From positions 32,001 to 96,000 of IMG/VR virus record IMGVR_UViG_3300006851_000007: DNA of 64,000 nucleotides. One strand, written 5' to 3'. Source of the stretch: a virus. Taxonomy: Duplodnaviria > Caudoviricetes. The notes under the pieces are model-generated. The model was not told where the DNA came from and did no database searches. It saw nothing but the letters and a program-made list of their open reading frames with translations. Below, piece by piece: positions 20,701-29,646 of the stretch. Within the stretch, counting starts at the first letter, position 1; every line of letters starts with the position of its first letter. The translations under genes and the position numbers were made by a program.

Positions 20701-23700
20701 AACCTACAGGAGAGTTCTGGAGAGGTTAAGATGGTCCCCTTCTTAGACAGAGATGTGAAAAAAATCTCCAGCGGTGCTATTAAGGATGCTACGGCCCTCA
20801 GAGCGAAAGACCTTAAAGAGGAGGATGGTGGCATCTTTGATCTCAACACCACCGGTGGGCTGATAGGGACTAAGTGGTCTCACGTCAATCTTGCCGAACC
20901 AATACCTCACCCAACTTTTGAGGATTCTATTTTAGCTGTAACGGGCTTAAGTAGAAAGGATTTCTTGGGGGTGGTATCTGGGACCAGGGGTGTGGTTAAA
21001 GGGGAGGTTGTAGACCCGGACACACCAGGAGCCCTGGTTGGAGGTGAGGCTATAAAAAAGATGCTTGGTGACATCGATATAGACAAGAGATTGAAAGAGA
21101 TAGCCGAAATAGCTCCAACAAAAAGAGGCTCTGACCTCAACAAGCTACACAGAGAAGCGAGGGTTCTAAAAAACTTTCGTGACAACAAAATAAAACTCAC
21201 CGAGATGGTCGTTGAAACCATGCCTGTTATCCCCCCTCAATACAGGCCCGTTCTGGAGCTCCCCAACGGAGATATTTCTGTTGCCGATATAAACGAGCAT
21301 TATAGGGCGACTATACTGGTCAACAATCAGCTTAAAGAGTACAGAAATAGGCCAGGATTAAGAGATGAGGCGAGTAGAATTAGAAGGGATTTGTACGACT
21401 CGTATGCGGGAGTACTTGGATTTTCTGCCGGGCTTGTAGACAAGCCTGACGTAAAAGGTATTGCCAGCACCATATCGGGGTCGAGTCCTAAGTATGGCTA
21501 TTACCAGTCCAGACTAATGAAGAGGAGACAAGACACCTCCGGAACAGGTGTTATTGGGGTGGACCCCAAACTCAGCATGGACGAGATAGGTATCCCCGAG
21601 AATATGGCATGGGAGATATTTAAGCCATACACGCTTAAAGAATTAAGGTCCATGGGATTCACATCCATTAAAGCAAGAGAGGAGATCGAAGAGAGAAGTA
21701 AGGTGGCAAAGGACGCTCTTATACGCGTCATGGACAAAAGGCTTGTAATTGCTAACAGAGCCCCTACCCTACACAAGTTCTCCATTATGGCATTTAAGCC
21801 TAAGCTGATTCCAGGTTCGGCTATCCACCTGCCTGTTGAGGTTCTGGGAGGCTTTAATGCTGACCTTGATGGAGACACTTTTGGTATACACGTGCCATCT
21901 TCGCAGGAGGCGATAGAGGAGGCCAAGACTATGCTTCCTTCTAATAATATCTACGCTCCAGGGAGCGGTAGGGATAAGGTTGTGCCTGGCCTTAGCAAAG
22001 AATATATGGTCGGTATCTATAAGCTGACTAGGTCTATAAAAAGGAAAAATGTAACCTACAATTCCCCATCTGAGGCTGTCAGGGATGCTGAGGGTGAGAG
22101 GTTGGAGTGGACAGATAATATCAACGTCAAGGGGATAGGCAGGACAACTCCAGGAAGGATTAAGATCAATAGCTATATTCCTGAGAAACTCAGAGATTAT
22201 AATGCTGAGTTTGACAAAAGCAAGATCAATAGCACTCTCGATGAGATCTATAGAGAGTACGGGAAGAACGCTTTTCTCAAAGCTATTGAGGGGTGGAAGC
22301 ATGCCGGTAGAGAGTTTGTCTACACCTCAGGATCAAGCTTGTTGCTGTCAGACCTAAGGGCTTTTACTAAAGAGAAGGATGCTCTTTACGATGAGGCTGA
22401 CAAAAAGGTTGATAAAATAAGGAAAATGAAAACCCTGTCAGACAAAGAAAAAGAAAAGAGGATTATCGAAGTCTACTCTGAGGTTGATAAAAAGATTGCA
22501 AAAAGATCTACAGTCTTGGGGGATAATGCATCCGGCAGATCCAACAATATGAATAATATGGTTTCTGCTGGAATGTCAAAACCAGGGGTAGTTCAGATGA
22601 AACAGATAGTCGGAGCTGTTGGGCTTATGACTGACCACAGACAAAGAATTATCCCCGAGCCTGTTCGTGGTAACTATGCTGACGGGTTATCATCTTCAGA
22701 TTTTTACTCCCATATGTTCTCCCAGAGGAAGGGGATGATCGACAAATCAAGATCTGTTTCCGGGCCTGGGCAACTATCTAAAGAGCTAACAAATACAGCT
22801 GCGAGATATAAGGTGGTCCAGGTCGATTGTGGGACTAATAATGGCAGAGAGGTCCCCGTTGATAGGCACGCCTTGGATAGGGTTATACAGGAGACCGTTT
22901 CTGGGGTGAGAAAAGGTAGCGTGATCGATACCGATGCTCTCGAGAAGATAAAGAAGTCCGGCAAAGCCAGCATTAAGGTGAGAACCGTGTTTGATTGTGA
23001 GTCTGCCGGAGGCGTATGTGCAAAATGTTTTGGCTATGACGAGAGTGGGGGCTTTCCTGATGTGGGTAAGAACATCGGAGTTTCTGAGATTCAGTCTATT
23101 ACCGAAAGGTCGGTGCAGCTGCCTATGAAGGCATTTCATACTGGAGGTGTCGCCTCTGGAGGTGGGGTGTCTGGTAGTGCGTTTGAGCGCGCTCTTGAGG
23201 TGTTCAGAATGCCAGAAAATGTAAAAAACAAAGCGATACTGGCAGAGAGTGATGGAATCGTGTCAAAGGTGAGAAAATCCGGTTATGGGGGATATTTTGT
23301 TACAGTAGGGGCTAAGGAGTATCGTGTACCCAAGAGTGTCGAAGTGTCTGTTAAGGTTGGAGACAGGGTTAAAAAGGGTGACAGGCTTACCACCGGGTCT
23401 ATTAAGCATCAGGAATTATTGAAACTAAAAGGAGTGTCTGCCGTACAGGATCAGATGGCTCAAGACCTTCATGAGACCTTCTTAAGCGCAGGGGTGAAGG
23501 CTCAGAAAAAAACATTTGAGATGGCTGCAAAAATGTACACCGAACAGGTGAGGGTCATAGACCCCGGGGATTGTAAAGATTTTGTGACTGGAGACTATTC
23601 AACCATCTCGAAGGTTGAGGGGTGGAACAGAAAGAATCCATCAAAAAGGAGAATTAAGTACATGAATATTCTGCCGGGGTCTCTATCCACACCACAGAGG

Positions 23701-23862
23701 AGTGACGACTGGGCCCAGAGAATGGCTCTTGGGAGAATCAAGAAAACTCTTCGAGACTCTGCGGGACAGGGGGCGTCAAGTATGCGTGATGGTACAGGGT
23801 CTCCGTTTGCAGATATTGTTCTGGGCCCGGGCACTCGCCTCACAGCTCCAGGAGAAGTGTGA
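17737..23862 (+). CDS. single-polypeptide fused beta-beta' DNA-dependent RNA polymerase
   Basis: beta motifs GDKLVGRYGNKG, LNPDGVPGRMNMGQ, KLEHQV..KMSARG; beta' motifs VIPPQYRP, NRAPTLHK, catalytic NADLDGD, trigger loop QLPMKAFHTGG; one uninterrupted ORF; GGAGG precedes ATG 17737. Confidence 0.95.
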   Translation: MNFEISFETHKNLLKNLESEIKKVLAVSDGNRSLEVESVDIPTLDTTENLAAEKAAKVQGISYTEPLRATLVLKEDGKVINRGKVKIMDLPRITSRGSYIVSGGEYTFPLQKRLIPGVYVQEKDDGTISGWMNSGKGVNMTIILREGGDFLLKVGTGHINLTAFLLGMGAPADTLRKVWGREVYETNIASRGANDPLGALKSFYSRVKYPTDEPFVTDDIPGYRKWISDYFRDKSEFDADNVEITLGVKHSSNGIGLMLDTTRKILAVSRGEKEEDNRESLIHNHIYDLSDFIIERINQRQYKSRITRTIRRNIKRYNKVSDIYSKDLLQTPVESTFTQTSLSRMPKQTNPMDVISSFTEITVMGEGGIRDVHAIQSDTRAIDPSHLAFLDLAHTPEGINIGTSLHIAHGVRKKGKNLVNKFYDVKTGKSVDLTPREAFSKYIIFAESYNKDTKRIKTEKDGRVKATHKGEIKKIPPSKAQYAIRTTTDMFDVNTMAIPFLSHNNGTRVMTAAKMQTQAKPLKYREEPVVRCAIHERSDKTVEEIMGRRSAQESPVDGVVKKVGRDEVIITDSSGKDHRVGIFHNFWMNENNYISSEVKVKKGDKVKKGQIIADNNYTKNGVMALGTNLNVAYVAYKGLNHEDGVVVSETGAKKLTSLHSYQKSCPINDNDVTDKRRYIAFFPAIFTREQLDMVDDNGVVKPGQTVKKGDPLLLKMRKVEEEAVSKQLQNISRLLVQDFRDTSVIWDMDVPGEVAEVHVRKKDILIVVKTEEVARVGDKLVGRYGNKGTIVTILPDNEMPKNEDGTPMDILLNPDGVPGRMNMGQILETTASRIADKTGKPYIAKPFGGDYTRTLEKELKSHNLKDHGRLIDGDRSIDGVLHGKQYFFKLEHQVDVKMSARGAGPGYSYTSDGQPGQGGGQSGRSIGLGEMYALLAHGADINIKEMYTFKGDKQLEIWRAIESGTFVPPPDMPYSSKKFAEMLRGMGINLQESSGEVKMVPFLDRDVKKISSGAIKDATALRAKDLKEEDGGIFDLNTTGGLIGTKWSHVNLAEPIPHPTFEDSILAVTGLSRKDFLGVVSGTRGVVKGEVVDPDTPGALVGGEAIKKMLGDIDIDKRLKEIAEIAPTKRGSDLNKLHREARVLKNFRDNKIKLTEMVVETMPVIPPQYRPVLELPNGDISVADINEHYRATILVNNQLKEYRNRPGLRDEASRIRRDLYDSYAGVLGFSAGLVDKPDVKGIASTISGSSPKYGYYQSRLMKRRQDTSGTGVIGVDPKLSMDEIGIPENMAWEIFKPYTLKELRSMGFTSIKAREEIEERSKVAKDALIRVMDKRLVIANRAPTLHKFSIMAFKPKLIPGSAIHLPVEVLGGFNADLDGDTFGIHVPSSQEAIEEAKTMLPSNNIYAPGSGRDKVVPGLSKEYMVGIYKLTRSIKRKNVTYNSPSEAVRDAEGERLEWTDNINVKGIGRTTPGRIKINSYIPEKLRDYNAEFDKSKINSTLDEIYREYGKNAFLKAIEGWKHAGREFVYTSGSSLLLSDLRAFTKEKDALYDEADKKVDKIRKMKTLSDKEKEKRIIEVYSEVDKKIAKRSTVLGDNASGRSNNMNNMVSAGMSKPGVVQMKQIVGAVGLMTDHRQRIIPEPVRGNYADGLSSSDFYSHMFSQRKGMIDKSRSVSGPGQLSKELTNTAARYKVVQVDCGTNNGREVPVDRHALDRVIQETVSGVRKGSVIDTDALEKIKKSGKASIKVRTVFDCESAGGVCAKCFGYDESGGFPDVGKNIGVSEIQSITERSVQLPMKAFHTGGVASGGGVSGSAFERALEVFRMPENVKNKAILAESDGIVSKVRKSGYGGYFVTVGAKEYRVPKSVEVSVKVGDRVKKGDRLTTGSIKHQELLKLKGVSAVQDQMAQDLHETFLSAGVKAQKKTFEMAAKMYTEQVRVIDPGDCKDFVTGDYSTISKVEGWNRKNPSKRRIKYMNILPGSLSTPQRSDDWAQRMALGRIKKTLRDSAGQGASSMRDGTGSPFADIVLGPGTRLTAPGEV

Positions 23863-24371
23863 TGACAGTACTAATGAAAGTTGCATCCTCTACTGCTTTT
23901 AGCAAGAAGGTGGAGGGGTATAACGGTGCTGACCCTATTAATGTATATCAAAAAGTGGGATACAGCCTTCACGAGAAAGGCAGAATGATGAAGAGGGCGG
24001 CTGTTGAGCACAGGTTTAATAGAGCGAAGAGAGACCTGGAAGAAAGAGGTGTCAGGGCGTATAGTCTGCATAAGAGGATAGCTATACCCAAAAAAGAATT
24101 ATCACTAAAGGACTTAAGGAGGCTTGGATTTAGGTCAAGCTACACAGGAATACCGGAACCAGGTCAGGTTAGATTTGTTTCATACAGACACAGGGACGGG
24201 TACCATATTCATGATCATGGAGACCATTGGGTAATGCATAAGGATGCCTACAATCCCCTCAATGTCGGAATTAAGGGGCTAATCATGCACGGAAAGGAGG
24301 AGGCCCTCCCGGCCTTTAAAGATTTTGTCAACTGGGATAAGGGAGCTATAATGAAGTACATTCCGGTATGA
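23859..24371 (+). CDS. leader-bearing protein with His-rich C-terminal domain
   Basis: Leader MMTVLMKVA; YHIHDHGDHWVMHKDAYNP. Confidence 0.65.
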   Translation: MMTVLMKVASSTAFSKKVEGYNGADPINVYQKVGYSLHEKGRMMKRAAVEHRFNRAKRDLEERGVRAYSLHKRIAIPKKELSLKDLRRLGFRSSYTGIPEPGQVRFVSYRHRDGYHIHDHGDHWVMHKDAYNPLNVGIKGLIMHGKEEALPAFKDFVNWDKGAIMKYIPV

Positions 24372-24383
24372 TGTGAGATCTTC

Positions 24384-24869
24384 ATGAGTGCACTTATAAA
24401 GGTTGCTTTCCTGTTTAAGAGGGAGAGGGAGAATATAAATCAGGCCCTGGCGGATGTTTCTGCTGCATCCAGAGGGATAGGCAACCTGTCTGGAGACTTG
24501 TCTCAAACATCGAAGGACATCCGTATGGGTGTAGGACACTTGAGCGATAGGGTCACCAACCTTGACGAGAATATTGGATTGATGGTGTCTAGAGTTAGAG
24601 ATAGCCAACAGCAGGCATCGCAAGCTCTGCATGGAACAATTGTCGGGGCTGGAGCTCTTGCTGCCCTGAGGGGGGCCAGACATGACGATGACTTCTTAAG
24701 GAGGGTGTCTAGAGGGTATTTAGGAGGAGCTGCAATCGGCGGGGTTTCTGGATACCTGAAACACAGGTCTGGGTCTGGAGATGATTTACTAACAGACATC
24801 CTAAGGGGTAGTAATGTCGGTGGAATAACAGGCGCCGTCGCAGGCGGCGCCTATCATAATATAAGGTGA
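24384..24869 (+). CDS. leader-bearing glycine-zipper protein
   Basis: MSALIKVA; GTIVGAGALA, GYLGGAAIGGVSG, GSNVGGITGAVAGG. Confidence 0.7.
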   Translation: MSALIKVAFLFKRERENINQALADVSAASRGIGNLSGDLSQTSKDIRMGVGHLSDRVTNLDENIGLMVSRVRDSQQQASQALHGTIVGAGALAALRGARHDDDFLRRVSRGYLGGAAIGGVSGYLKHRSGSGDDLLTDILRGSNVGGITGAVAGGAYHNIR

Positions 24870-24872
24870 AGT

Positions 24873-25466
24873 ATGACTATTTTGTTAGAAAACAACAACC
24901 GGGGTGCGAGCCTATCCGGTGGAAATGTTGGCTCAGCATTGATAATGAAGCTGGCAAGTCTTAGTGACTACAACTCTCTTGACCCTGAGTCTAAGAAAGT
25001 TCTCGGTCTTGGGACCAGGCTTAAGTATGAGGCTCAAAACAAGATAAGAGGGTTAAGGGAGTCTGCATCAAAAAGAATTGCTCCCAAAAGTGGGTCCGCG
25101 GCCAGGAATATAACCCCAGCCGGGATTGGTACGACTGGTGCTATTAGTGGTGGTTCTGTTAGCCCTGCTGGCCCCACAGCTCTTGCCACTACCTCCAAAA
25201 CTAAGCCTATATCTGGCAGTGTTAGCGCTGCTGGGTCTGGACCCATGAAGGTTCCTGGTGGAGTCAGCGCTGCTGGCGTCAATACCCCGAAATCTCCAGG
25301 AAGGCTGTCCAGTCTGGCGAACAGAGCCAAGCCCTTTTTAAACAAACATAAAAAAGCAATAGGTATTGGGGCGGGGTCGCTAGCTGTGGGTGCAGGAGCC
25401 ATGCATTTGATGAACAAAAGGAGGCAGAGACGGCAGGAGCAGCAAGAATCTCAACAGAGGAGGTAG
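24873..25466 (+). CDS. low-complexity protein with C-terminal Gly-rich TM-like helix and basic tail
   Basis: MTILL..LIMKLA; SVSAAG-like repeats; KKAIGIGAGSLAVGAGAMHLMNKRRQRR. Confidence 0.7.
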   Translation: MTILLENNNRGASLSGGNVGSALIMKLASLSDYNSLDPESKKVLGLGTRLKYEAQNKIRGLRESASKRIAPKSGSAARNITPAGIGTTGAISGGSVSPAGPTALATTSKTKPISGSVSAAGSGPMKVPGGVSAAGVNTPKSPGRLSSLANRAKPFLNKHKKAIGIGAGSLAVGAGAMHLMNKRRQRRQEQQESQQRR

Positions 25467-25532
25467 TCACCATGAAAGGTCAGCTACAACCTTTATGGGC
25501 GGTCGGGTTAAACAAGAATTGGGGGCCGAATC

Positions 25533-26084
25533 ATGATTGCTGACTATTATCATAAATATAATACCCATCCGATAAAGTGGGTAATAATGAAGTATTCTCA
25601 CGGCCCCCTGTCTAAGGATACCTCTACATCAGAGATAGATTGGGTAAGCGATGATGATCAGATATTGTGTTGCCAGGCAATAGAAGAAATTACAGGAATA
25701 AGTATTCCCGATAATGACATAGAGCGTTTTTTTTACGGAGATATCACTATCGGTGAGATTATCAGCATGTGTGATGAGCTGGAAAAGCTTGGTGCTATAA
25801 CGACACCAGAGCAGAGGGCCAGGCAGAGGCAGTACTACATGGCCAATAAAGCGAAGATAGCAAGAAGAGCTCGTCGCAGAAGGCAGCAGCAAAAAAGCGG
25901 TATGAAGATTAAGAAGAGGAGGGTTGGTAGTGCGGCTACGGGATACACATTTATATACGATTCTTCTGGATCTAGAAAAGGATCTGGGGTATCGAGGGCG
26001 AGTAAGGTAAGAGCCACTAGAGGTGAGTATGAACCGACCCCAACAGGTAGTGTACATAGGAATGTTACATTAAAAGGGCACTGA
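25533..26084 (+). CDS. hypothetical protein: acidic ACP-like N-terminal part plus Arg/Lys-rich C-terminal part
   Basis: AIEEITGISIPDNDIE..ITIGEII; then KIARRARRRRQQQK. Confidence 0.55.
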   Translation: MIADYYHKYNTHPIKWVIMKYSHGPLSKDTSTSEIDWVSDDDQILCCQAIEEITGISIPDNDIERFFYGDITIGEIISMCDELEKLGAITTPEQRARQRQYYMANKAKIARRARRRRQQQKSGMKIKKRRVGSAATGYTFIYDSSGSRKGSGVSRASKVRATRGEYEPTPTGSVHRNVTLKGH

Positions 26085-26085
26085 A

Positions 26086-26421
26086 ATGTCAAAAAAAAGA
26101 TCAAATGAAAATTTTGAAGTTACACCACATGACGCCATGTTGGAGCTGTTTAACAGAACTGGAGCCCTTAAAGGAAAAATGACAGATAGGGGGGCTAAAT
26201 TTATACACTATTTGTTTGTTGAGTCTGGCGTTAAATTGAGGGATGGTGCGGTGAATATGATCAGGGAGGGTAAGGATGTGCGCTCTTATATGTCTCCTGA
26301 GGGCAGGAGGTCTTTAGATATTAAACGAAAAAAAATGAAAATGTATAATAACGATGGATTAAAAGCAATCGCCAGGCGAAATGAAATATATTCACGCCTA
26401 ATCCCCAGGGTGTTTAAATGA
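26086..26421 (+). CDS. hypothetical basic protein
   Basis: 111-aa coupled ORF. Confidence 0.6.
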   Translation: MSKKRSNENFEVTPHDAMLELFNRTGALKGKMTDRGAKFIHYLFVESGVKLRDGAVNMIREGKDVRSYMSPEGRRSLDIKRKKMKMYNNDGLKAIARRNEIYSRLIPRVFK

Positions 26422-26786
26422 ATAGTACATTAAAGTTTGCGTCTCTAAACCCATTTAAAGGAAGAGGGAAGAGGGGGGGGTTTCTAACGGCTACGAAAAA
26501 AGATGTAGCCAGGACGTTGGGTGCTGCATACCGACATAAGGGGAGGGTCGGGATGGGCATTGTGGGTGCGGGTACAGCCGCGATGGCTGCCAATAAGTAT
26601 AACAACTACGCAGGAGTTGATAACCCAGAGGAGAGGAAGAGGAATATTGGTAGGGGGGTTTTGGCTGGCACCGCAATAGGTGCGATAGCCGGACCGAAGG
26701 CGCCAGGTAGGGTAATCAGAGGTGCAGTCAAGGCTAACCGTGGTCTCAGGAATATTGGACGCAGAATCGGAGGCGCTCTGGGGTAA
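26418..26786 (+). CDS. leader-bearing basic glycine-zipper protein
   Basis: MNSTLKFA; GMGIVGAGTAA, GVLAGTAIGAIAG. Confidence 0.7.
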   Translation: MNSTLKFASLNPFKGRGKRGGFLTATKKDVARTLGAAYRHKGRVGMGIVGAGTAAMAANKYNNYAGVDNPEERKRNIGRGVLAGTAIGAIAGPKAPGRVIRGAVKANRGLRNIGRRIGGALG

Positions 26787-26810
26787 GCCACATGACTGCT
26801 GCGCATACCA

Positions 26811-28382
26811 ATGAGTTACACGAATAGTGTTGAGGTTAAGATGAAAACCACGATGTCAAACTGGATAGCCAATGCTGTTATGGTGAATAGCCAGAATAGG
26901 TTTTCATTCAATGGTAGAATGTGGATGCCCGCCCTGTTTGACACCAAGGCAACAAGAAGGGTTTGGAAAATGTCTCGCCAGGTGGGTAAGAGTACGGGCG
27001 GGGCCGCGGAAGGCACAGCTAGATCTTGCATGATAGATAACTTTAATATCCTATACGTTGCTCCAGAACAAGATCAGGCAAGGAAATTCTCTCAGGATAA
27101 ATTAAAGCCGATGATAGAGCAGTCTCCTATCATTCGCAGCCAGCTGGGCAGGTACAATAACGTTCACGAAAAAGAGTTCAGAAGGGGGGGGAAGTATTAT
27201 CTTAAATACGCCAAGCATAACCCAGACTCATGTCGTGGTATAACCGCAGATATGATCCACTTCGATGAGGTTCAGGACCAAAATCTTGAAGATACTGAGT
27301 CTGTGATCGAAGAGTCTCTCTTCACCTCAAAATACAAACTTAGGCTATATAGCGGCACACCTAAGTCATTTGCCAACCCTATCCATAAGAAGTGGGAAGA
27401 TTCAGACCAGAGGGAGTGGTTGGTCAAGTGTGTGGGGTGCAACAAGTACAACAGGCTTGGCATAAAAAATATCGGCAAGAGGGGGCCGTGTTGTAGTGGG
27501 TGTGGTAAGGATCTTGATGTCGACCATGGGGTGTGGGTTAGACATAACCTGTCGTCGTCCATAGCTGGATTCCACGTGAATCAGCTTCACTGTAAGATAT
27601 CTCATGACACACAGGAGTCGTGGGATGAAATATTGTATAAGCTGGAAAACTACGACTACGGGAAGTTCCTTAATGAGGTTCTGGGAGAGTCTGCCGATAC
27701 TGCGGAGTCTCCAATCACAGAAGAGATGCTTATGGCTATCTCCGACAAGAACCTGACCAATGCAGTACCTCCGCCTCCAGAATATATGAACAGCCCTAAT
27801 TTTGCAGGGATAGATTGGGGGCACATGGGTGCAAGCACGGTCCTGGTTATTGGCAACATGGGGCCTGATGGAACTTTCAGGAATGTATTTATGAAAAAAT
27901 ACTCCGACAGTCAGTGTGATCCTGACTATTGTATACCTGATATGGCTAGGATCATGAAGAGGTTGCAGGTAATGCGGATTCACTGCGATTATGGCGGGGG
28001 TTTCGGGCTTAACAGCAGGCTTGCTAAATATTTTGACAAAGGTCTCGTGACATCCAATGTGTGGTCAGCTTCTGCGATTGCTGCAGACCAGAGATGGACG
28101 ACAAAGAATGTCGAAGTGCCAAGATTAACCCTGAACCGCACAAGGGCTATAAGCGACTATATTAACCAGATAAGGACTGGAAAGATCTCGGTGCCTAGCT
28201 GGAAAAAATTCCACCCCGAGTTCAGCTCTGACTTTTTGAATATTAGAGCTGAGCTCAGGGGTGATGATTCTGTACACTTCGTGAGGGTTGGGAGCGATGA
28301 CGCCCTTCATGCTGCCATTTATGCTTATGTAATTTGCAAAATTTACTTCGCCTCATCAGGGGCTGGCTACTCCCTGTTTTGA
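26811..28382 (+). CDS. terL: terminase large subunit
   Basis: Walker A MSRQVGKST, Walker B IHFDEVQD, coupling motif SGTP, CxxC pairs, RNase H-like nuclease FAGIDWG..DDALHA. Confidence 0.9.
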   Translation: MSYTNSVEVKMKTTMSNWIANAVMVNSQNRFSFNGRMWMPALFDTKATRRVWKMSRQVGKSTGGAAEGTARSCMIDNFNILYVAPEQDQARKFSQDKLKPMIEQSPIIRSQLGRYNNVHEKEFRRGGKYYLKYAKHNPDSCRGITADMIHFDEVQDQNLEDTESVIEESLFTSKYKLRLYSGTPKSFANPIHKKWEDSDQREWLVKCVGCNKYNRLGIKNIGKRGPCCSGCGKDLDVDHGVWVRHNLSSSIAGFHVNQLHCKISHDTQESWDEILYKLENYDYGKFLNEVLGESADTAESPITEEMLMAISDKNLTNAVPPPPEYMNSPNFAGIDWGHMGASTVLVIGNMGPDGTFRNVFMKKYSDSQCDPDYCIPDMARIMKRLQVMRIHCDYGGGFGLNSRLAKYFDKGLVTSNVWSASAIAADQRWTTKNVEVPRLTLNRTRAISDYINQIRTGKISVPSWKKFHPEFSSDFLNIRAELRGDDSVHFVRVGSDDALHAAIYAYVICKIYFASSGAGYSLF

Positions 28383-28738
28383 AATTCTGCTATTTTCCCT
28401 TGTATTTCAACTAATATATCTCTCATTTCGCTAAACGGGGGATCCTCATACTCACCTTCTCGAAGCTTGTTGAGTAAAACATCCACCCTGTTCGCGATAT
28501 AGTCAAGCATCTGCTCCACGCTTGATATTTTACCCTTGAACACATCCTGCTGCTCTTCTAGAGACTTAACTCTGGCTGTAAGCTTTTCGTTATCCTCCCT
28601 AAGTTCTTTTCTTAAGACTTCGGCAGCCCCAAATACAGTACTATTGGATTTTTCTTTGAATGCCAGAAGTGAAGTAATGATAGTTCCCAGCAAACTGAGC
28701 GCCGCCATAGCAATGGCTATTAATGTTTCTCCCTCCAT
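28367..28738 (-). CDS. membrane-anchored coiled-coil protein (holin- or spanin-like candidate)
   Basis: N-terminal TM segment LIAIAMAALSLLGTIITSLLAF followed by a heptad-rich region. Confidence 0.5.
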   Translation of the reverse strand: MEGETLIAIAMAALSLLGTIITSLLAFKEKSNSTVFGAAEVLRKELREDNEKLTARVKSLEEQQDVFKGKISSVEQMLDYIANRVDVLLNKLREGEYEDPPFSEMRDILVEIQGKIAEFQNRE

Positions 28739-28739
28739 G

Positions 28740-28919
28740 TCAATCTCCTACCTCTATATAATCATCCAGTCCATCACTTGAATCCGTATTTGTGGGCGGG
28801 GTGCCATGATTTAAAAAATCATCAAACTCTGTATCGTTGATATCAACATCCAGGAGGTCGTCAAGAGTCTTCTTCACTCCTCCGGGAAGACCTATTCCGC
28901 TAAGATAATCATTGTTCAT
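28740..28919 (-). CDS. small acidic hypothetical protein
   Basis: Fills the gap between coupled minus-strand genes. Confidence 0.5.
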   Translation of the reverse strand: MNNDYLSGIGLPGGVKKTLDDLLDVDINDTEFDDFLNHGTPPTNTDSSDGLDDYIEVGD

Positions 28920-29646
28920 TGGGGTCCTCATTCGGGTCATAATCTATCTGATCATAGTCAATAGAGGTCATCTCGGGATAAAATATCTCCTGGCGGAAGG
29001 CCTCAGGGAGATCTACTACGCCATCCCTGTTGGCATCCATTAACGTTTTGTATGCATCCAGAGCTAATCTGTGGTACTGTATTTTCTTACCATCCCCCCT
29101 CCAGCCATACTCACCGAGCTCAGCTGCCCTAAAAATAGAATCCAACAACATAAATTTTATAGCATCGTTGGGATCTATTTCGGCGTCTCCACCCTCCTTA
29201 TAGAGAGTGTATGACTCCCTCCACCTACCCGGAACAGGGGGAGCATTCTCGGGTATTGGGGAGAATGTGGGTCTATCTTCATAATATTTGGCTATGTCCA
29301 CATTGGATATGCTGTCTACATCAAAAAACAGCTTTCTGTAAACATTTATATCTTTGATTGTAATCGGCATCTTGAATCGATAATATATGACATCTCTTAT
29401 CTTTTTATTGTCACACCTTTCTGCCATTAATTTTTCCAATACCCTCCTTATAGGATAAGTCTCCCTCATTTTGACAGCGGTGGAAAAATGTTCGGAGCTA
29501 TCATCTACTGAGATATCTATCCCCTCTTCTTCGATGTACCTCTGAAGCTGGAGAAGCTCTTCTGTGTGTTGAGATTCGTCGCCAAACAATAATCTCCAGC
29601 GCCAATCTGGTATTGGGGGAATTCTTTCCTTTGGAATATTAGACAT
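28909..29646 (-). CDS. hypothetical protein
   Basis: 245-aa coupled ORF. Confidence 0.65.
   Translation of the reverse strand: MSNIPKERIPPIPDWRWRLLFGDESQHTEELLQLQRYIEEEGIDISVDDSSEHFSTAVKMRETYPIRRVLEKLMAERCDNKKIRDVIYYRFKMPITIKDINVYRKLFFDVDSISNVDIAKYYEDRPTFSPIPENAPPVPGRWRESYTLYKEGGDAEIDPNDAIKFMLLDSIFRAAELGEYGWRGDGKKIQYHRLALDAYKTLMDANRDGVVDLPEAFRQEIFYPEMTSIDYDQIDYDPNEDPNEQ

Noticed and set aside
17737-23862. Host chromosomal rpoBC, i.e. the window is bacterial DNA
   Set aside because: Highly divergent and shortened, flanked by portal and terminase rather than ribosomal protein genes
1278-28382. Inteins or introns in DnaE, NrdJ, RNAP or terminase
   Set aside because: Sizes are normal or reduced; no intein splice-junction or LAGLIDADG motifs noticed
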